Shown: positions 41,758-54,678 of the stretch, piece by piece
Layout of the letters: each line of letters opens with the position of its first letter
How positions within the stretch are numbered: position 1 is the stretch's first letter
Source: Plasmodiophora brassicae
Taxonomy: Eukaryota
Direction: 5' to 3'
Assembly: GCA_036867785.1 (NCBI GenBank)
Contig: CP145412.1
Span: forward strand, 1,426,001-1,490,000
DNA length: 64,000 nt
Program-made: the position numbers and the translations under genes
The notes under the pieces: generated by a model
Seen by the model: only the letters and a program-made list of their open reading frames with translations
What the model was told of the DNA's origin: nothing
Databases searched by the model: none

Positions 41758-41946
41758 ATGCCAGCGCCGGTACCGTCGCCGTCGTCCAACATATTGGTCG
41801 TGGGCCGAGTCGTGGCCGTCGCCGTCGGGATCGTGTATGGGTTCAGCCGTCAGACGTACCTGAACATGAAGTACGGGCCGGCCCAGGTGAAAGCGGGCGA
41901 CACGGCGGCGGCAACTCACGGTGTCGCGGCCCCGGCGCACCATTAA
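41758..41946 (+). CDS. Mitochondrial ATP synthase subunit e-like protein
   Basis: 62 aa; MPAPVP..ILVVGRVVAVAVGIVYGFSRQTYL with a GxxxG TM helix, as in subunit e. Confidence 0.65.
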   Translation: MPAPVPSPSSNILVVGRVVAVAVGIVYGFSRQTYLNMKYGPAQVKAGDTAAATHGVAAPAHH

Positions 41947-42290
41947 TCGTATGGCCGTCACTCCGTCTGCACGCTCGTCGTAACTGTATATCGTTCTAAT
42001 ATATTTATGCGCGATTGCAGACCCGCAATGCTGGCGATATCGCAACGAATGTCGAGGGATGATAAAGCCGAGAACCTCATTTGGTACACGAGAAATGTAA
42101 ACCACAAACAACGTGGCCCTGCGTCGTTTGCTGCTTCGCCTTGTCTATCTGCAGTCGCGTTGCGCTCAGAGCGTTCACGTACGCTGCCCCCTTCCCCCCA
42201 AATCTTCTCCATCTGACCGTCATGTCTCAACAATATGGCATTGGGGTACGCATTGCCCGTCACAGAGCGGAGACCAGGACGGGTTGAATA

Positions 42291-44380
42291 ATGTCGTCGT
42301 TGTCGCTGGAAGCGGTGATCGGGTTCGCCGGCGACGTCAACGAAGGCCTGCTGCTGCACAAAGACGACGAGCACCTCATCTACCCGCTGGGCTCCAATGT
42401 CGTCATCAAGAACCTTCTGCGGAGCACGCAGCGATTCCTGCAGAAGGACGGGCACGACCGCGCCATCAGCTGTATGACGATGTCGCACTCGGGCAAGATG
42501 CTGGCAACGGGCCAGGTCACCCATATGGGGTTCCCCGCCGTCGTCATCGTCTGGGACCTGGAATCCGGGGACATCATCCACAAGCTCGTGCTCCACAAGG
42601 GGAAGATCCAGTCCTTGGCCTTCTCGCACAACGACACCTACCTGGCCACGCTCGGCGGTGAAGATGACAACAAACTCGTCATCTGGTCGATTGAGACAGG
42701 CGATCCCGTGTGCGGCGCGCCGGCATCCAACGATGCCGCCCACACCGTCAAGTTCCTGAACACGAACGAATTCAGGCTGGTTACGGCCGGCAAGTACAAC
42801 CTTCGCGTCTGGGAGTTCGACGTCACCAACCGCAAGATACGCCCGACCGACTGCCGCTTGGGATCCATCAAGCGCATCGCTAACTGCATCCAGATCGACC
42901 CCAACGACCAGTTCGTCTACGTTGGCACCGGCAGCGGTGACCTGCTCCGCGTTAACCTCAAGGTACCCTTCCTCCCTATCGCCTTGGTAGCGACATTACT
43001 CACACCAGCGGCGCATCCAGGTGCACATGTTCCAAGACGCCGGTCCGAAGAAGAAGCCACTTGCGAATGGGATCCGAGTCGTAAAGCTGACGCCGGATGG
43101 GAACGTGCTTGTTGGCGCTGGGGACGGGACCGTCGCCCTCCTTCGCAGCAAGGACCTGTCGATCGTGCGGTCCCACCAGTTCGACGGCGCCATCTCGTCG
43201 ATCGTGCTGAACAAAGCGGGCGACCATTTCTTCGTCGGCACCGCCAAGTGCAACATCCACCTGGTCCACCTGAAGTCGTTCGACCAGGAGCTCCGGTCGA
43301 CGTGTCATTACGGGCGCATCAATGACGTGTGCTTCCCGGACGGGTACAGCGAACTCTTCGTCACCGCGTCCGTGAACGACATTCGCGTCTGGAACACCCG
43401 CCTCCGTACCGAGCTCCTTCGCATCCACATCAAGGGCCTGGAGGCGCTCTGTGTCGCGCTGACGCGTGACGGCAAGCAGATCATCAGCGGGTGGAACGAC
43501 GGGAAGATCAGGGCGTTCCTGCCGCAGTCTGGCAAACTGATCTACGTCATCCATGACGCGCACGACGACGGCGTTACGGCCATCACGACGACCAGCGACG
43601 GCAAACGGATCGTTTCCGGTGGAGGGGACGGGCGCGTTCGCGTCTGGAAAATCGGTAGGGCGTTCCAGCTCGCGGGTCCTCTTGACGATGTGCTGATCGA
43701 CCGGCGATGCGTCAGGCGAGCACACGCGCACGATGGTGGCCAGCCTGAAGGAGCACAAGGCGAAGGTGACGCTGATCTGCATCAAGAGCGATGACAGCGA
43801 GTGCGTATCGGCCTCGTTCGACGGGTCGTGCATCATCTGGGACCTGGTGCGGTACCTGCGCGTGAACGCCATGTTCGCGACGACGCAGTTCAACACGATC
43901 ATCTACCATCCGGACGACAGCCAGTTGCTGACCAGCGGGACGGATCGCAAGGTCACGTACTGGGACGCCGTCGACGCCAACGCCATCCGGATCGTCGACG
44001 GTTCCAGCGCGGGCGAAATCACGTCGCTGGACATCTCGGCGGACGGCGAGATGTTTGTCTCGGGCAGCGCCGACAAGCTGATCAAGCTCTGGGGCTACGA
44101 CGAGGGCCACTGCTACTACTTTGGCATGGGGCACAGCGGTGCCATCAAGCGCGTCGCCATCAGCCCCGACCAGCGGAACGTGGTGTCCGTCGGCGAAGAA
44201 GGCGCCATCTTCATATGGAAGATGCCGCCGCCCGGGTTCATCAAGCCGAGCGAGGCCGTCCCCGCGCTGACGGCCGCGACCAAGGACCTGAAGATCGGCG
44301 GCGAACCGGACGCCCATCACGCCAAGGTCGAGCAACAGTCGCAGGAGGGCGAATCGTTCGCATCAGCCGCCCATGTCTGA
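42291..44380 (+). CDS. CFAP52: Cilia- and flagella-associated protein 52 (WDR16)
   Basis: LEAVIGFAG.V..GL..H, LIYPLGS, ATGQVTHMGF, IISGWNDGKIRAF.PQSG; WD40 repeats; two introns. Confidence 0.95.
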
Positions 44381-44412
44381 CCCTGGTCCGCACATACATC
44401 ACGAATACACGA

Positions 44413-45134
44413 TCAGCGCTCGCTGTATTCGTGCACGACGAGGTCGACGACGAAGTCGTGCTCGGCGACGGGGACCTCCTCGACGACCTGCTGGTGCAGC
44501 GTCAAGCCGACGAGTCGTGGCATGGGCGACCCTCGCGTCAACGACGCCGCCCGCAACTTGGCCAACCATCGATCGTAGTACCCGCGCCCATGGCCTGTTC
44601 CACACGTTCAGAAACGAGGCACGACGTCGGCGACGTTGCTCTGTACCAAGGCGACGGTTGCAGGCGTCGAACGCAAGCCCAGGCACGAAGACCACTAATG
44701 GGGAATCAGTTGCGGGTTCAGCCAGGGTTGCAGGACACGGTTGTACCGTCGAGGTCGCCAGCGTGTAGAGCGTCGTGCCGGTCAGCGGGCGGTTCACGAA
44801 TGCCCCATTTCGACTTGGGCAGCGCGTGTACGTCGTCCATGGAGTGCACCTGGACGACGGACATCTCGGGGAGGCCGTGCGCACGCGGCAGGTAGACGCG
44901 TTTACCGTCGAGGAACGCGCGTTCGATCAAGGCGGCGGTCTGGATCTCGCCGGCCGGCATCGAGTCGAACAAGGCGATGGCCGTACTGCTTCGCCAGTAA
45001 TCGGCCCGCGTGACACGCTCGGCGAGCAGCGCGCTCTGACGATGGATCTCTGACAGTTCCACCGCCTGCAGCGACCGACGCACCTGGTCCCGCATCGCCC
45101 TCTTCATCGCCGCCGATCGGTCTGCGGTCGCCAT
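44413..45134 (-). CDS. MTHFS: 5-formyltetrahydrofolate cyclo-ligase
   Basis: EIQT..LIE, GKRVYLP, WGIREP, VPGLAFD..RLG, DFVVD. Confidence 0.9.
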
Positions 45135-45634
45135 CGGACCCGGCCTGTGGTAAAATAGCGCGTTAATGTATGTTTTGGCCTCGGCAGACGGACACGTGAC
45201 GCGTGTTGGCTTGGCTGAGATGTCCCACGTGTGCAGATGGGTAGTCCGTGCGTGCGTACGCGTCTACGAGAGCAGTGGCAGCTGCATGATGTCGCGGCGT
45301 ACGTATTCTATAATTGGCGCCTGCTACTGGCGAAGCAAGCCCGCGCGGCTGCCCGTCGTGAATGGTCGTTGCTCTGCGGATTGTGGCCGTGTTCATGTGG
45401 GGCGCTTCGTCGTCGAAGCGCACCCGTCCTTACCGTTTCGGCAGCGCAGCGCCGTCCTGCTGCAGGACTACTGCTTGGCGATGGGCGCTCGTCGCGCAAC
45501 TTCAACGAGCTGCGGATGCGGCGCGTCTCGCACGTCGTAAACGCCGCTGCCGTGGAGATGCGGCCGCGTTTCGAGGATAAGGGCATTGGCGCATTGCGTT
45601 TGCGTACCTGAATCTGCGGATCAGCGACAAACCG

Positions 45635-47480
45635 TGTAACGAACTGCGGCGCACTTTCCGGCAAACTACGCCGTGGCGGGGTCCGTGGCGGCATTCCTGC
45701 GGCCGTCATTCTTGTTGAGTTTGCATTAAACCAGGCATCCTGTCTGTCGTCAGTGTGAGGCTCTCGCCAACACGGATTCAAAAGCCATCCCCGAGTCCCG
45801 TGTTCAGCACACGCAAACCCAACAAGAATTCGGGTTCATGACGACCGAGAACGGCGGTGATCGATGGCGCAGGCGCGCAGACCATTGGGGTCAAGGTCGA
45901 GGACATACTCAAGATCCAGTCGACGCTGGACGTCATCCTGGAGCGGCTAGAAGCGGTGAACGCGGGCAGGGCGGCCACGGATGCGACGGTCGCAGCGCTC
46001 GGGCTGGACATGAAGGACATCAAGGAGGTTGTCAGGAACCGGGCGGCGCCGCCGCAGGGACGAGACAACCAGGAAGTGGATGCAAGGGCGGATGGGAGCG
46101 GCGGGGACACCACAGAGCCCGGGACCAGACCACGAGCATCCTTGCGAGGAAGCGCTGCGCGTGCCTCGGAGCAACAGCATCAGCGGCGAGGAGTACGGAG
46201 GTGAAGGGCGTCAGGAAAGGAGGGGCCGCCGCGAAGGCTACGAACGTGACGACTGTCGTTAACCTCCACTCAAGATCCCGCTCAGGGAATGCGTGAGTAA
46301 TCCCTGGAGAAGCAAAGAGGAGGCAAAGACGTGGCTAAACGGAGCCATCGCGACGGTGCGACGGTTGAGGGCCTGTCGAGACGACATACAGGACTACGTC
46401 GTCAGTAAGCTGATGGAGCCGCAGCTACGTGCCCATGTGCTGGCGTCGGCCCGGCAGCTGCCGGACGCACCGTTCGTCGAGGTGCTAATCGACGCCAGGG
46501 ACAAGTTGATGGGTACCATGGAGACCCGGACGTGACGTTCCTGGAAGAGTGCAGCGCGAGCGCTGAAGCAGGGCGAACAGGAGACCATGACCGAATTCCT
46601 GCCGAAGTTGGAGACGGTGATTAACGAGTTCGTCGAAAACGATCCGGATCACGCCGGCGACGAGGAAATTTTCGATATCTACCTGGCAGCGATCAACACG
46701 GACACAAGGGCGGCCCTGGAGACGGAGCACCTCCTGTGGGCCCACCTGGACGTACGAGAGACCTATCTCGACAAGGTGGCGTACGTCCGAGAGTGCCTAT
46801 ACGCCAAGCGCGCCAAGGAGGACGACAAGCCGAAGAAACGGACGCTGGTCGGGGCGGTCTCACGGCCACCCGTTTGCAACACTTGCAACAGTCGGGACCA
46901 CTCCTGGAGAGACTGCGACCATGCGCGCGCCAAGGAGAGTTGCAGAGCATGTGACGGGGCGCAGCACTGCCGGTTCGAGTGCCCAAAGCGTAATGCCGGT
47001 CCGCAAGGGAGCCAAGACGCGAGGGCGAGCGGACCGACGGCACCGACAGCGGCAGCGGAGAGGCGGCCAGCAGAGGAGGCGCAAACGGGCGCGACGGCGC
47101 CCGCTGTGTCGTCCGGCTGACGGGGCGGGGCGGCCGCAGCCGCCCCAATCCCCGGGAGGACAAGGGGAACTGCGATCGGTCGCAGCGATCGAGAACGAGA
47201 TCGTTGGCGACCACGTGCACGCGGCAGTGGACATCACGGTGGGCGGTCTGCGCATGACGGCGTTGCTCGACACGGGGGCCGCGGTCAACGTCGCCAGCGC
47301 GGCCGGTGTAGGGGTAGGTAAGGAAAGGGGCGCTTCAGCTGGAGAACTCCGCTGTTCCGGCGTTCTCGACAGCTTGACCCGCGAAGTCCTCCAGCTGAAG
47401 CGCCCCTTTCCTTACCCCTACACCGGCCGCCAGCACTGCGCGCTGGCTCGCGACGTTGACCGCGCCCCCCGTGTCGAGCA
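45635..47480 (+). mobile_element. Truncated LTR (Gypsy-like) retrotransposon: putative 5' LTR, gag and start of protease
   Basis: Begins TG, ends CA and is flanked by an ACCG duplication (45631-34 and 47481-84). Two CCHC knuckles (CNTCNSRDHSWRDC, CRACDGAQHCRFEC) and protease ALLDTGA. Confidence 0.88.
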
Positions 47481-47487
47481 ACCGTCA
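47255..47487. repeat. Inverted repeat (arms ~47255-47344 and ~47389-47487)
   Basis: For example gtaaggaaaggggcgcttcagctggag pairs with ctccagctgaagcgcccctttccttac. Confidence 0.92.
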
Positions 47488-48095
47488 CAACGGATTTCGC
47501 AGCACTTTGACGAGGCTATTGCCTTGATGGAGCACGCCAGATCCGTCAATGGCACCGTGTTGGTCCACTGTGCGGCAGGACGTCAATATCGTTTCGCTAT
47601 GTGCACTGTTCCTGTTGCCAAACGAGATGGGTTCAGGCGTTAGCCTGTCAGCGACCATCGTGCTTGCGTATCTCGTGTCGCGTGGCTGGTCGTTAGCGTC
47701 GGCAATCGTGCATTAGCGTCGTATCCGGCTTAAAGTCTGGCCCAACCGCGGGTTCCAGGAACAACTGATTGAGTTCTCACAGCAATACCGCAAATCTACG
47801 CTGCAAACGGGCGTCATGCCTGTCGGATTCAACTCTTTGTTTCCAGTTCGTGATGTTCATAACCAAACCGTTCTGGGCGATTCCTGCCCCGTTCATCCAG
47901 CTGATCCCCGAGCAGGACTTGCCTGTACTGGCCGACGCTCTTCTCGCATGGATCGTCAACCCTGGCAAAGCCTGCCTCTACGCCGGTCGCACATAGGGCC
48001 CTTCTACGGAACGGCGCCATAACGTACAGCGACCTGACCCTGTTCTTCTCTGCTGGGGTATCTTCTGATATCCAGCACGACGTCCCACGGTTCCG

Positions 48096-50505
48096 CTAGC
48101 ATCTGGGCGTGTTTGTCAAGGCATTCGCCAGCGACAAGTTCGACTCGTTCTCCGGCGGGTCCTGCCCGGACAAGATCACAGACATTGATACGTATTTATC
48201 AATTACTTCCAACCGCTCGCATCGTACGTAACTCAGGACGCTGTTCTTGTCAGAACTGCCCCACAATGGTTTGATTGTCCAGTCGATGTCAAGAAGGGTT
48301 AATGCACGTTCGATACACAATGTTCTTAGGGACACTAGGCCTGGGTCCTACGTGCGGAAGAAGTTCATGACGGACAGGTCGAGTAGCGTATCTTGATTCC
48401 GCTCCACGAGGTCTTCCAGCAACAGTTTGCTGAATTGGCGATCCCGCGGTTCGTCTGTATCCCGCTGCAGATTGACAGCGAACAACTGGATGTGGTGATC
48501 CAGTCCACTTGTGGCAACACAGCTGACACCAAGAGCAGGATGCGCTCGGACACAGTTCAACCCTTCGAGAGAGTTTTCTCCCGCTTCGAGAAGGGCGATT
48601 GTTTCAGCACTCTCCGCGTCGTATACGAACACGGATCCGCAATCACTGGCGACGCCGACAATATCCTGGAGGAGCGATCAGGCCCTAGGCAACAAATCAC
48701 CGTGTCTGTACTCACTAACCTCAGAGAGGAACGTTGCCTCTTTGATAGATGTTCGAAAATTGCAGTGACCGGCCAGACGAGAAACGCTGCTCCCGATAAC
48801 CTGGGTCGCTGGGGACGGGGGGCGTTCGTCATCCCGAACCAGGAACCGCCGACGATCCGACGTGTCAGAAACGGCTCTGGCAAGATGAGTCGCAATGTCG
48901 GGATATTCCTTTGCGTACTGGATGCCCAGTCGGCGCGCTGCCTCGCATTCATGAAGCCCTGCCAGCGCTTGAACCCGTCTCAAAGCGGCCTTTGCACGAC
49001 CCATCCTACTGTCTACAGTAAACTCACAGTGGGACGACACTCACATCATCCGTCCTACCTGACTGATTCCGCTTCGCCAGTCAGAAGCTCCAAAGAGCGT
49101 TCAGCGTCGCTGAGCGCCATCGGAAGATCTCCCACCCATCTCCGTTTCTGAAGAATCAATATGAGGCTGGGGTCTTCCACAAACCCAGCTTCAATCTGCC
49201 TTACCAGAAGGGCGGTAGAGCGATTCGTTAACAACGTCGCACGAAGCTGCGGGCTCAGCTGGTGACTTCTCAGCAGGGCCTTCGAATACAAACCAATAGC
49301 GTCCAGCCAGCGCTCCTGGTGGAACCTGAACACACACCGGGTTGGGCACGTGGCGACGAGTGCGTGCATGGGCGTTCTTACTTTTCATTTCCTGCGGTTT
49401 TGAGTTGGAGACAGTAGGGCTCACACAGACGTTGATCACTGCGAGACGCAGAGTGCCGACGGCGACGCTTCCCCAGTCTAGCCGCACACGTACACGCCTG
49501 GTCGCAGGGCTTTACCGAATCAACGGGCCGGTCGTCTCCATTGACATCAAACACGAACGCATCGTCAGGATTGTAGTTCAGGACGATGCGCTTACCCGAT
49601 GGCGATATGTTAACACTAGTGATGGCAGCCACGCGTGAATTGCCATGGCGTACAAGGTGCCGTGCAACCCATCGCTTGACGGGCACCGTTTCACGGGACG
49701 AAGACCCGCCCAGGGAAAGCATCCGCCGATCCCACATGTCGGCATGAATACCGCTGGCCGTTACGATCAGGTTCGAGTCGAACGGCATCGCGGACACAGC
49801 CCTGAACTCCCATCGTTGACGTCGTTGGTCGATCAGCACGTTCCGCTGGCAGGATAAGGCCGCTGTGACATCGGTGCACAGCGACCCGCACGGTTTCAGC
49901 CGGTCATCCCATTGCCGAACAGTACCGTCTTTCGACGCGGACCAGAACACGTGTGACGGCTGATCCAGCGACTGCTCGATCTCGATAACGAAATCACGGT
50001 GGCACCTGTACTTGACCGGGGCCGACTGGTCCCCGTTCGTAATGCATACGGCGTGATCCATGGCGCCCGTCGCCATACGAGGCATCTCATTCGGCGCGTT
50101 CAGGAACCGGACTCCCAGGATATTGTGATGGTGCTCCTGACGTCGACCATGAATGACCCGGCCGCAACAGAGAAACCGAGCGCTTACGGTCTGGATTGTG
50201 TGCTGCAGGTTGAGGGTGGATCCGTCATCAACAGACCAGAGCCGAACCGTCCGATCATCGGACACGCTGGCAAGAACGTGTCCAGTCTTTGGATACCAAT
50301 GCAATCGATTGACGCACCCGGTATGGTGGATCTGGATCCGATCCTCCAGCGTCACCTCCGCCGGGGCCAGCCGCTTCGCGAATGTCCGATGATCCCGCAT
50401 CGCCTGGTACACGTCGCGTCCGACCGCCTCCCGTTCATGCAGCAGCGACGACAGGTGCACTCGGCCCGCGCACCCGCACGGCGGTATCAGATCGCCCGTC
50501 GTCAT
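48096..50505 (-). CDS. WDTC1: WD and tetratricopeptide repeat protein (adipose/DCAF9); 3' end uncertain
   Basis: HTGCVNRLHW..LASVSDD, FWSASKDGTVRQWD, a central TPR (KTAGNEK..AIGLYSKAL), GHCNFRTSIKEATFL, ATSGLD. Confidence 0.85.
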
Positions 50506-51298
50506 CGCAGCAACCACCGACTACGGTAGGGTACCAAACGGGAATGACCGGCTGGGAATATTCCGCAGGTGCGGGGCTGCCGTTTGCGGGGGCCACCGGC
50601 CACCCGCGCGGCGCGCCCTGCGGCATCATCCGCGGACTCGACGCCCGACGGGACTTGCGCGCACTCCAACCAGTCGGACTGGTCCGAATTGCGCGTTAAA
50701 GTGGCGACCGGGCCACGCAAAGATAACTACCGTACCTACAGTAGGTAGTAGGAACCTGGGCATTGTATGTGCGTGTCGCGGCTACGCAGACGTGGACGCG
50801 GAACGAGCTGCTGCCCATCGGAGGGGGGGGGGGGGGGGCACGAGATGCGGCCAGCAGGTCCAGCCGGTCACCGGGCTGACTTGGATCCATCCGCTGACCG
50901 ATGACGACATTCGGTGGCATAAGTCTGAGCTTCGTGATGGGCCGCCGCCAAGTACCTATACGCACCACCCGTGCGCACATGGCGTTTGTTCGATGCATTT
51001 TCGGGAGCATGGCGTTCTCACTGGGGCCCTGCAAGTTCTTGTCGCGGAGCATTGATGACGTCGGCGTCCTCGAGGTCCATAGCGACCTCTTGCACTCAAA
51101 GCGCTGCGCGGCGCTCCGCGATCTCGGCCTCGAGCAGCGCACGGCGGTCAGGGAGAGACATCGCGATGAGTTCGAGTCGCAGCGCGCCGCGCTAGACGTG
51201 GAATACGAGAACCGCTCGTTCGTTCCCGTTGTGTTCGATTGGTGGGACCCGTCAGACGCAGAAGGTTCTCCAGACTCTAGAGCAGTGCCTATGGTTCA

Positions 51299-51948
51299 AT
51301 GTCCGTGACGGGACGGTCTCCGGGATCTCATGACGTTCGACACCGCCCAATGAGGTCCTCCATTGATCTCCAGTCGTCAAAGAAGCCATCTTCATGTTGG
51401 AGAACATGCTGCTGCATATTTTTGCCCATTGCTGTCATCGCCGGCGCGCTAATGGCAGTCTACTTTCCTGATACGCATCCACCAGCAACGTTGTCGTTCG
51501 TTGCGAACGGATTCGTGGTAACGCCACGGCAGGTCGAGTTGTATGGTGAATGTGACCTGCTGCTCACTAATCGCAATGCCTACGACTTCGAAATACGTCC
51601 ATCGATCATCCGGGTTAGTCACAACGGTACGTGCTGTGCGATACATTCATACAATACGCGGGCTGAAGGATGCCAGGTGCCCTGTTGCGAGAGCTGGAGA
51701 CCGGAACAGAGGTCTTCCCAGCGGGGCAAAGAACAACGATGAAGATCCCGGTATCGGTATCCGCCAATGTCGCAACGCTGGACGTCGCCGCCTCCATCTT
51801 GTACAATTGCCAGCTGGTCGACAACGCTCCCGTCCGGTTCGACATCGATGGCGTCATCTTCGTAACAACTTGGTTCTTACCCTTCAATGTGAGGATCCCA
51901 TTGTCGACCTACCGGAACATCCCCTGCCCGCCTATCACTGGACGCTAG
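51299..51948 (+). CDS. LEA_2-like single-pass membrane protein
   Basis: Cys-rich CCC before a TM helix, an N.NAYDFEI motif and a beta-rich domain; one intron. Confidence 0.55.
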
Positions 51949-52078
51949 TCACAACCACGACCTACACAGGTAGGTGGTTAAAGCAGACTACCTAAAGACT
52001 TGTGAGTTAACACTTCATAAGGCTCATCTTTATGGAGAGAGTTGGAGGCATTCCGTATAGGTTGTTTGACCCGGACAA

Positions 52079-53515
52079 TCAGCGACGGGCGCGAGCGTTC
52101 CTCGCGCCACGAGCTGAGCCACCGCCGCGCTTGCTCGGCTTCGCCTTTGCGCTACGTTTCGGGCGATAGTCGTCATCGTCAGAATCGTCGCTGTAGTCGT
52201 CGTCGCTGTCATCATTGTCATAAGCACGAGCACGAGCCTTTGAACGGCGACGGCCACGAGGTTCGTCATCGTCAGAGCGATCACCGTCACTGTCATAATC
52301 GCGGGCGCGCACCTTGCGTCGGCCGCGGCCACGAACATCTTCGTCGCTGTCATCGCTCTCGTAGTTATCGTCGTCACGAGTCGTAACGGCCCTCTTGAAG
52401 TTCGGCGCCCTGTTGTCGAAGTTGTTGTTGTAATAGCTCCTTTGAGGGCGCCCTCCGCGCTGCTGAGGGCCACGCCAGTTGCCACCGCGACCCCGGAACC
52501 CACCACGGCCGTAGTTGTTGTTGTAGTTGTTGTTGTAGTTGTTGTAGTACCCAGGCTGGAAGAACCGGCGCGGCTGTCGCCGCTCATCCGGTGCATACGA
52601 GTCGCGCTCCTTGTGGGCCATGCCGAGCCGAACGTCCGCGTTGTTGATCTTCAACGGTTTGTCGCGAGGTGCCAGGACGGCCTGCGCCGCTGCTGCCCTG
52701 TCGAACAGGACGTAGCCGAACACAGTCGCCTCGGGAGTCCCGACCTTGTGGGAGATCAGGCGCACGTTCAAGACCTTGCCGTTCGGAGACAGAGCGTTGT
52801 ACAGCATCTTTGGTGTTGTCGATTCCGGCAAATCACCGACGAAGACGGTTCGCTCGTAGTCGTTCGGGTCCTTGACGATGTCGGTCGCTGCAGAACCCGC
52901 TTCCGACGCATCGTCAGCCGCAATAGCACTATCGGCAGCCTGATCGCCATCCGCATCGACCACCTCGTTCTCTTCTTCGGCATCGAACGCAGCAGATTCT
53001 TCATCGATGTCATTCGCCTTGGCGACGCCCTCTTTTGATGACTTCTTCTTGCGGAACTTGTTCCATTTCTTCTTACCGCCTTCTTCCTCAGCGTCATCAT
53101 CGTCAGGCATCTCTAGATCTTCATTGTCCAGCGCATCGCGCGCTTTCGCGACCGTCCGTTGCGTTTCTTTGCTCTGGCGCTGGCCGGTGGCCGGTATTGC
53201 GTCATCGTCATCCTCGTCGACATCCAAATCGGCCGTGTCAAGGTCGTCCTCGTCGATGTCGTCCTCCTCATCGGACCACACGATCTGCTCATCGTCGTCG
53301 TCATCGTCATCATCGTCACGCAGGGCACCGAACGCCGGCTTCGTCGACACCGCCGCGAAATCATCATCGTCCTCGTCGTCGGCCGCACGTGCCAGCGCCG
53401 CCTTCGGGCCGCTCGTGCTCAGCGATGCGAACTTCGCTGACAGGTGGCTGGCGATCGACGTCGATCGTAGGGCGGTGATACCGCGGCCCAGGCGGCGCGC
53501 AACGATGCCGTGCAT
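52079..53515 (-). CDS. Acidic RRM/RGG RNA-binding protein with possible mitochondrial presequence
   Basis: RNP2 TVFVGDLP, RNP1 FGYVLF, RGG boxes, Asp/Glu tracts, and an Arg/Ser/Ala-rich acid-free N-terminus. Confidence 0.8.
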   Translation of the reverse strand: MHGIVARRLGRGITALRSTSIASHLSAKFASLSTSGPKAALARAADDEDDDDFAAVSTKPAFGALRDDDDDDDDDEQIVWSDEEDDIDEDDLDTADLDVDEDDDDAIPATGQRQSKETQRTVAKARDALDNEDLEMPDDDDAEEEGGKKKWNKFRKKKSSKEGVAKANDIDEESAAFDAEEENEVVDADGDQAADSAIAADDASEAGSAATDIVKDPNDYERTVFVGDLPESTTPKMLYNALSPNGKVLNVRLISHKVGTPEATVFGYVLFDRAAAAQAVLAPRDKPLKINNADVRLGMAHKERDSYAPDERRQPRRFFQPGYYNNYNNNYNNNYGRGGFRGRGGNWRGPQQRGGRPQRSYYNNNFDNRAPNFKRAVTTRDDDNYESDDSDEDVRGRGRRKVRARDYDSDGDRSDDDEPRGRRRSKARARAYDNDDSDDDYSDDSDDDDYRPKRSAKAKPSKRGGGSARGARNARARR

Positions 53516-54359
53516 GGGTCCGTGCTGCGCGTTTGCTGAAGACGACCGCGGGCCCCCCACAAACCGAATGGCCCGACGCCGCAACCCCCCACGGAGTGTG
53601 CAGCGGCACTATACCGTACAGCTGCAGCAGCTGCAGCCTCGCAAGTCCGCCTACGGCAGTACGTACCTACAACCACGGCGGCGGAGGCCGGGGACCGCCC
53701 ACGGCGCAGCGTGCACACGTAACGTGACGACGGATGATCCCGGACCGGGCCCATGATCCGTTTCGTTACGCACGGCGATTGCCGTCGAGCTGTTTTGCCG
53801 TCTGCCGTCTGTACGAGGATATGCTTGTCGCCGGCACGTTCCCTCGGCGGGTACACAGGCGCTGCCGGTCCTCTGAAGGCCATGGCTGCAGCTGTATCAA
53901 TACACGTGGCAGTTCGATGAGCGACATGTGTATTGACGAGGTATTCCGGCTGGCAAGTACTATGGGAAGGGCTGCCGCCCTCAGTCCTGACATGCGATGG
54001 CCACGAGCACCCCCCTTGAAGCGCTGAGTGTCCGGAAGCGGTCACCGCTGCAATCGACGCTCACCGTCTGGACATATACCTACCCAGCGAGATCCGAGAC
54101 AGTCAGCACAAATACAATGGCAAGTCGCGCAGGGTGCAGGTGCCGGCCGAGGTCGTCACGATGATCCTGCGCGATACGTACGCGATCCTGCAGGAAATGA
54201 AGAAACGCGTAATCCGATGGTTTTAATGCATAGATCAGCAGCTGCTGAAGATCAGGACCTATGCGGACCTGCGCTGCACCCACCACTATCTGACGACGTT
54301 CTACCGGCCAAGCGCCGTCATCGATACCCGACAGTCAACATAAGTACGACGGCAAGCCG

Positions 54360-54678
54360 CAGAGCATGAAGATGACGATCTACGTAGGTGGATTTTCGAT
54401 AGCCGGGACGCAGGGATAGGTACTACTTTAAACTACCGCCGAATTTCTCTGCAGTGGGACTCATGAACCCTTCGTCTAGGAATTTCGCTCAATAGCCTGT
54501 AGATTGGAGCAAGTTGACATACATGCTGCTTCCGGCTATTGAGCGAAATTCCTAGACGAAGGCTTCATGAATTCCACTGCAGAGAAATTCGGGGGGGGGG
54601 GGTAGTTTAAAGTAGTACCGATCCCTGCGTCCCGCCTATCGAAAATCCACCTACGTAGATCGTCATCTTCTTGCTCTG
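54360..54678. repeat. Inverted repeat (arms ~54360-54497 and ~54534-54678)
   Basis: gaagatgacgatctacgtaggtggattttcgatag pairs with ctatcgaaaatccacctacgtagatcgtcatcttc, and the rest of each arm pairs likewise. Confidence 0.95.

Larger units (their letters stand above)
45230..47790 (+). pseudogene. Dual-specificity phosphatase pseudogene interrupted by a retroelement
   Basis: VSHVVNAA..YLNLRISDKP | SQRISQHFDEA..VLVHCAAGVSLSATIVLAYL..PNRGFQEQL. It carries a frameshift, an in-frame stop and a P-loop R->L change. Confidence 0.85.

Noticed and set aside
45635-47480. RIP-like directional mutation in TE relics
   Set aside because: The few visible stop codons show no consistent C-to-T pattern, and no intact copy is available for comparison.
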